DNA of 62,731 nucleotides, filler included, from Stramenopiles sp. TOSAG23-3 (Eukaryota): NCBI GenBank assembly GCA_900128585.1. It is 44 parts of 44 records of this genome, joined end to end, with 100 filler letters (N's around TTAATTAATTAA, not from the genome) between each part and the next. Parts side by side here need not be neighbours in the genome. Positions count along the whole stretch, not along the records: positions 61,415 to 62,731 come from LT646052.1; 43 more parts are not named here. One strand, 5' to 3'. Shown piece by piece: positions 61,415 to 62,731 of this stretch (position 1 is its first letter; each line of letters starts with the position of its first letter). The notes under the pieces were generated by a model. It saw only the letters and a program-made list of their open reading frames with translations, ran no database searches and was not told where the DNA came from. The position numbers and the translations under genes were made by a program.

Positions 61415-62673
61415 CCACTACATTGCATACCACAACCTCGAGCAATACCTTGACAAGCGCATTGGAAATAGTCTAGAATGATAAATATACACACACCTGA
61501 TGTAACATTTTTTGCAACATCAATCACAAAAGCATCTTTTGTGAAAATACTAAATATATCAATTGAATTTGTATATATTATTGTTGATGTACAAATAGAT
61601 AGTATTATACAAATAATTACAGATAATATTGCTATTGATGCCGCATAAGTAGCACAACCTTCTCCAAGCAAATTTCCAATGCGTACACTTGTTGCAGTTC
61701 CAATACCTAAAGGTATCATAAAAGCTAAAGGAACGACATTTGCAAATATTGTATGTGCAGCTAAAGAAGTAGTACTCATAATACCAGCACCAAGAGCCAT
61801 ACATTCAAATGACCACCACTCCAATGCAAGCATTAACATACCTGGGAATGCCAATTTAAGATAGTCTTTGATATAAAACCAAATAAACACTTCTTTCCAA
61901 GGATTTGTTTGTTGAAATTTATCTTTGTTACTATTTCTCCTAATATCTTTACCTACATTATTATTATCTGTAAGAGTGTCTTTACCTAAATCATTATCTG
62001 TAAGAGTGTCTTCCTCATCACTTATATTTATATTGTTATTTATAACATCAGTATATTGTATATTTACATTGCTATTTATAACATCAGTATATTTTAAAAT
62101 ACGACAAACACAATTATTTTCCGAGCAAAAAGGAATCAGTGAAATAAATGAAGGAAATGAATTGGGTTCATGAGGAGAGTATTTTACCATATATACAATT
62201 AGTAATAAAAGATTAATCCAATATGTGATTACATTTGTCACTGCTGCTGATATAAAACCAATATTATCTAAAGTTGTAGTAGGTTCTGTATCATCATGAA
62301 TTAGAGTATAACATAGAACAAAGTGAATGGGTAAAGTAAATAAACTAACATGTATTTTGGAAAAATATTTCAAAAAAAAATCGTTAGGTACAAAATTTCG
62401 TACGAAAAAAAAATCGAATTTGAAAAAAAATAAAACATTCATAAAGCATAGGTTTCACAATGTTTTGTGTCTGAAGAAAACGTTTAAAGATTTCAAATAA
62501 ACAGAGAGGCGGTAGCGCAAGTGTCATAATTCGAATATATACACAAACTAAAGATACAACAGTTTCGTCTTGTCCTAGTGAGATAAGACATGGTGATATA
62601 AAGAAAAGCCATAATAAAGTTATAGGTAACCACGCTGCCACACAAATACATATTGCACGTAAAGTTAAAATTC
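61415..62673 (-). CDS. MATE family efflux transporter, partial, interrupted by a 91-nt insertion
   Basis: LISLGQD, KRFLQTQNIVKP, YLKLAFPGMLMLALEWWSFE, SVRIGNLLG and QGIARGCGMQ. Confidence 0.9.
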
Positions 62674-62705
62674 ATCTCGTATGCCGTCTTCTGCTTGAAA
62701 AAAAA
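62674..62705 (+). other. Illumina P7 adapter remnant plus poly-A (sequencing artefact)
   Basis: ATCTCGTATGCCGTCTTCTGCTTG (62674-62697), then an A-run, then a copy of 61988-62011. Confidence 0.97.
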
Positions 62706-62731
62706 CAAAATCATTATCTGTAAGAGTGTCT

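Noticed and set aside
1..62731. Gene clusters or operon-like systems across neighbouring contigs
   Set aside because: Contigs are ordered by length, so neighbours are not linked.
62674..62731. 3' terminal sequence and ORF 62493-62714
   Set aside because: Illumina adapter followed by a chimeric copy of 61988-62011; not biological.

Overview
This is not a contiguous locus. It is 44 short contigs (1338 bp falling steadily to 1317 bp, so length-sorted) joined by artificial 100-nt linkers (N44-TTAATTAATTAA-N44), and adjacency across a linker means nothing. The DNA is eukaryotic and genomic: it has GT-AG introns with a CTAAC branch point, AT-rich microsatellite intergenic DNA and the standard genetic code. 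The gene content fits a heterotrophic protist, possibly a stramenopile (inference), and the contigs may come from more than one organism. Most genes are fragments. Recognisable ones include COMMD, SANT, site-2 protease, mL45/Tim44, PKD2, RasGAP, cNMP-binding, pLGIC, class II HDAC, 4xRRM, kinesin, P5CS, flavin amine oxidase, MBD4-like, codanin-1-like, GH31, OGFOD2-like and MATE. Six things stand out. (1) An RNase MRP RNA gene at about 681-962. (2) A Ty1/copia-like gag-pol junction split by one in-frame UGA in a readthrough context, followed by a stem-loop. (3) A probable kinase-ADP-ribosyltransferase-LRR fusion protein. (4) Two paralogous secreted RRL-propeptide proteins sharing an unrecognised ~190-aa domain, a candidate pore-forming or extrusome family. 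(5) A 91-nt intron-like insertion with non-canonical ends in a MATE gene. (6) A dispersed non-coding repeat on four contigs. An Illumina adapter remnant lies at the window end. All family assignments come from motif recognition by eye; no searches were run.
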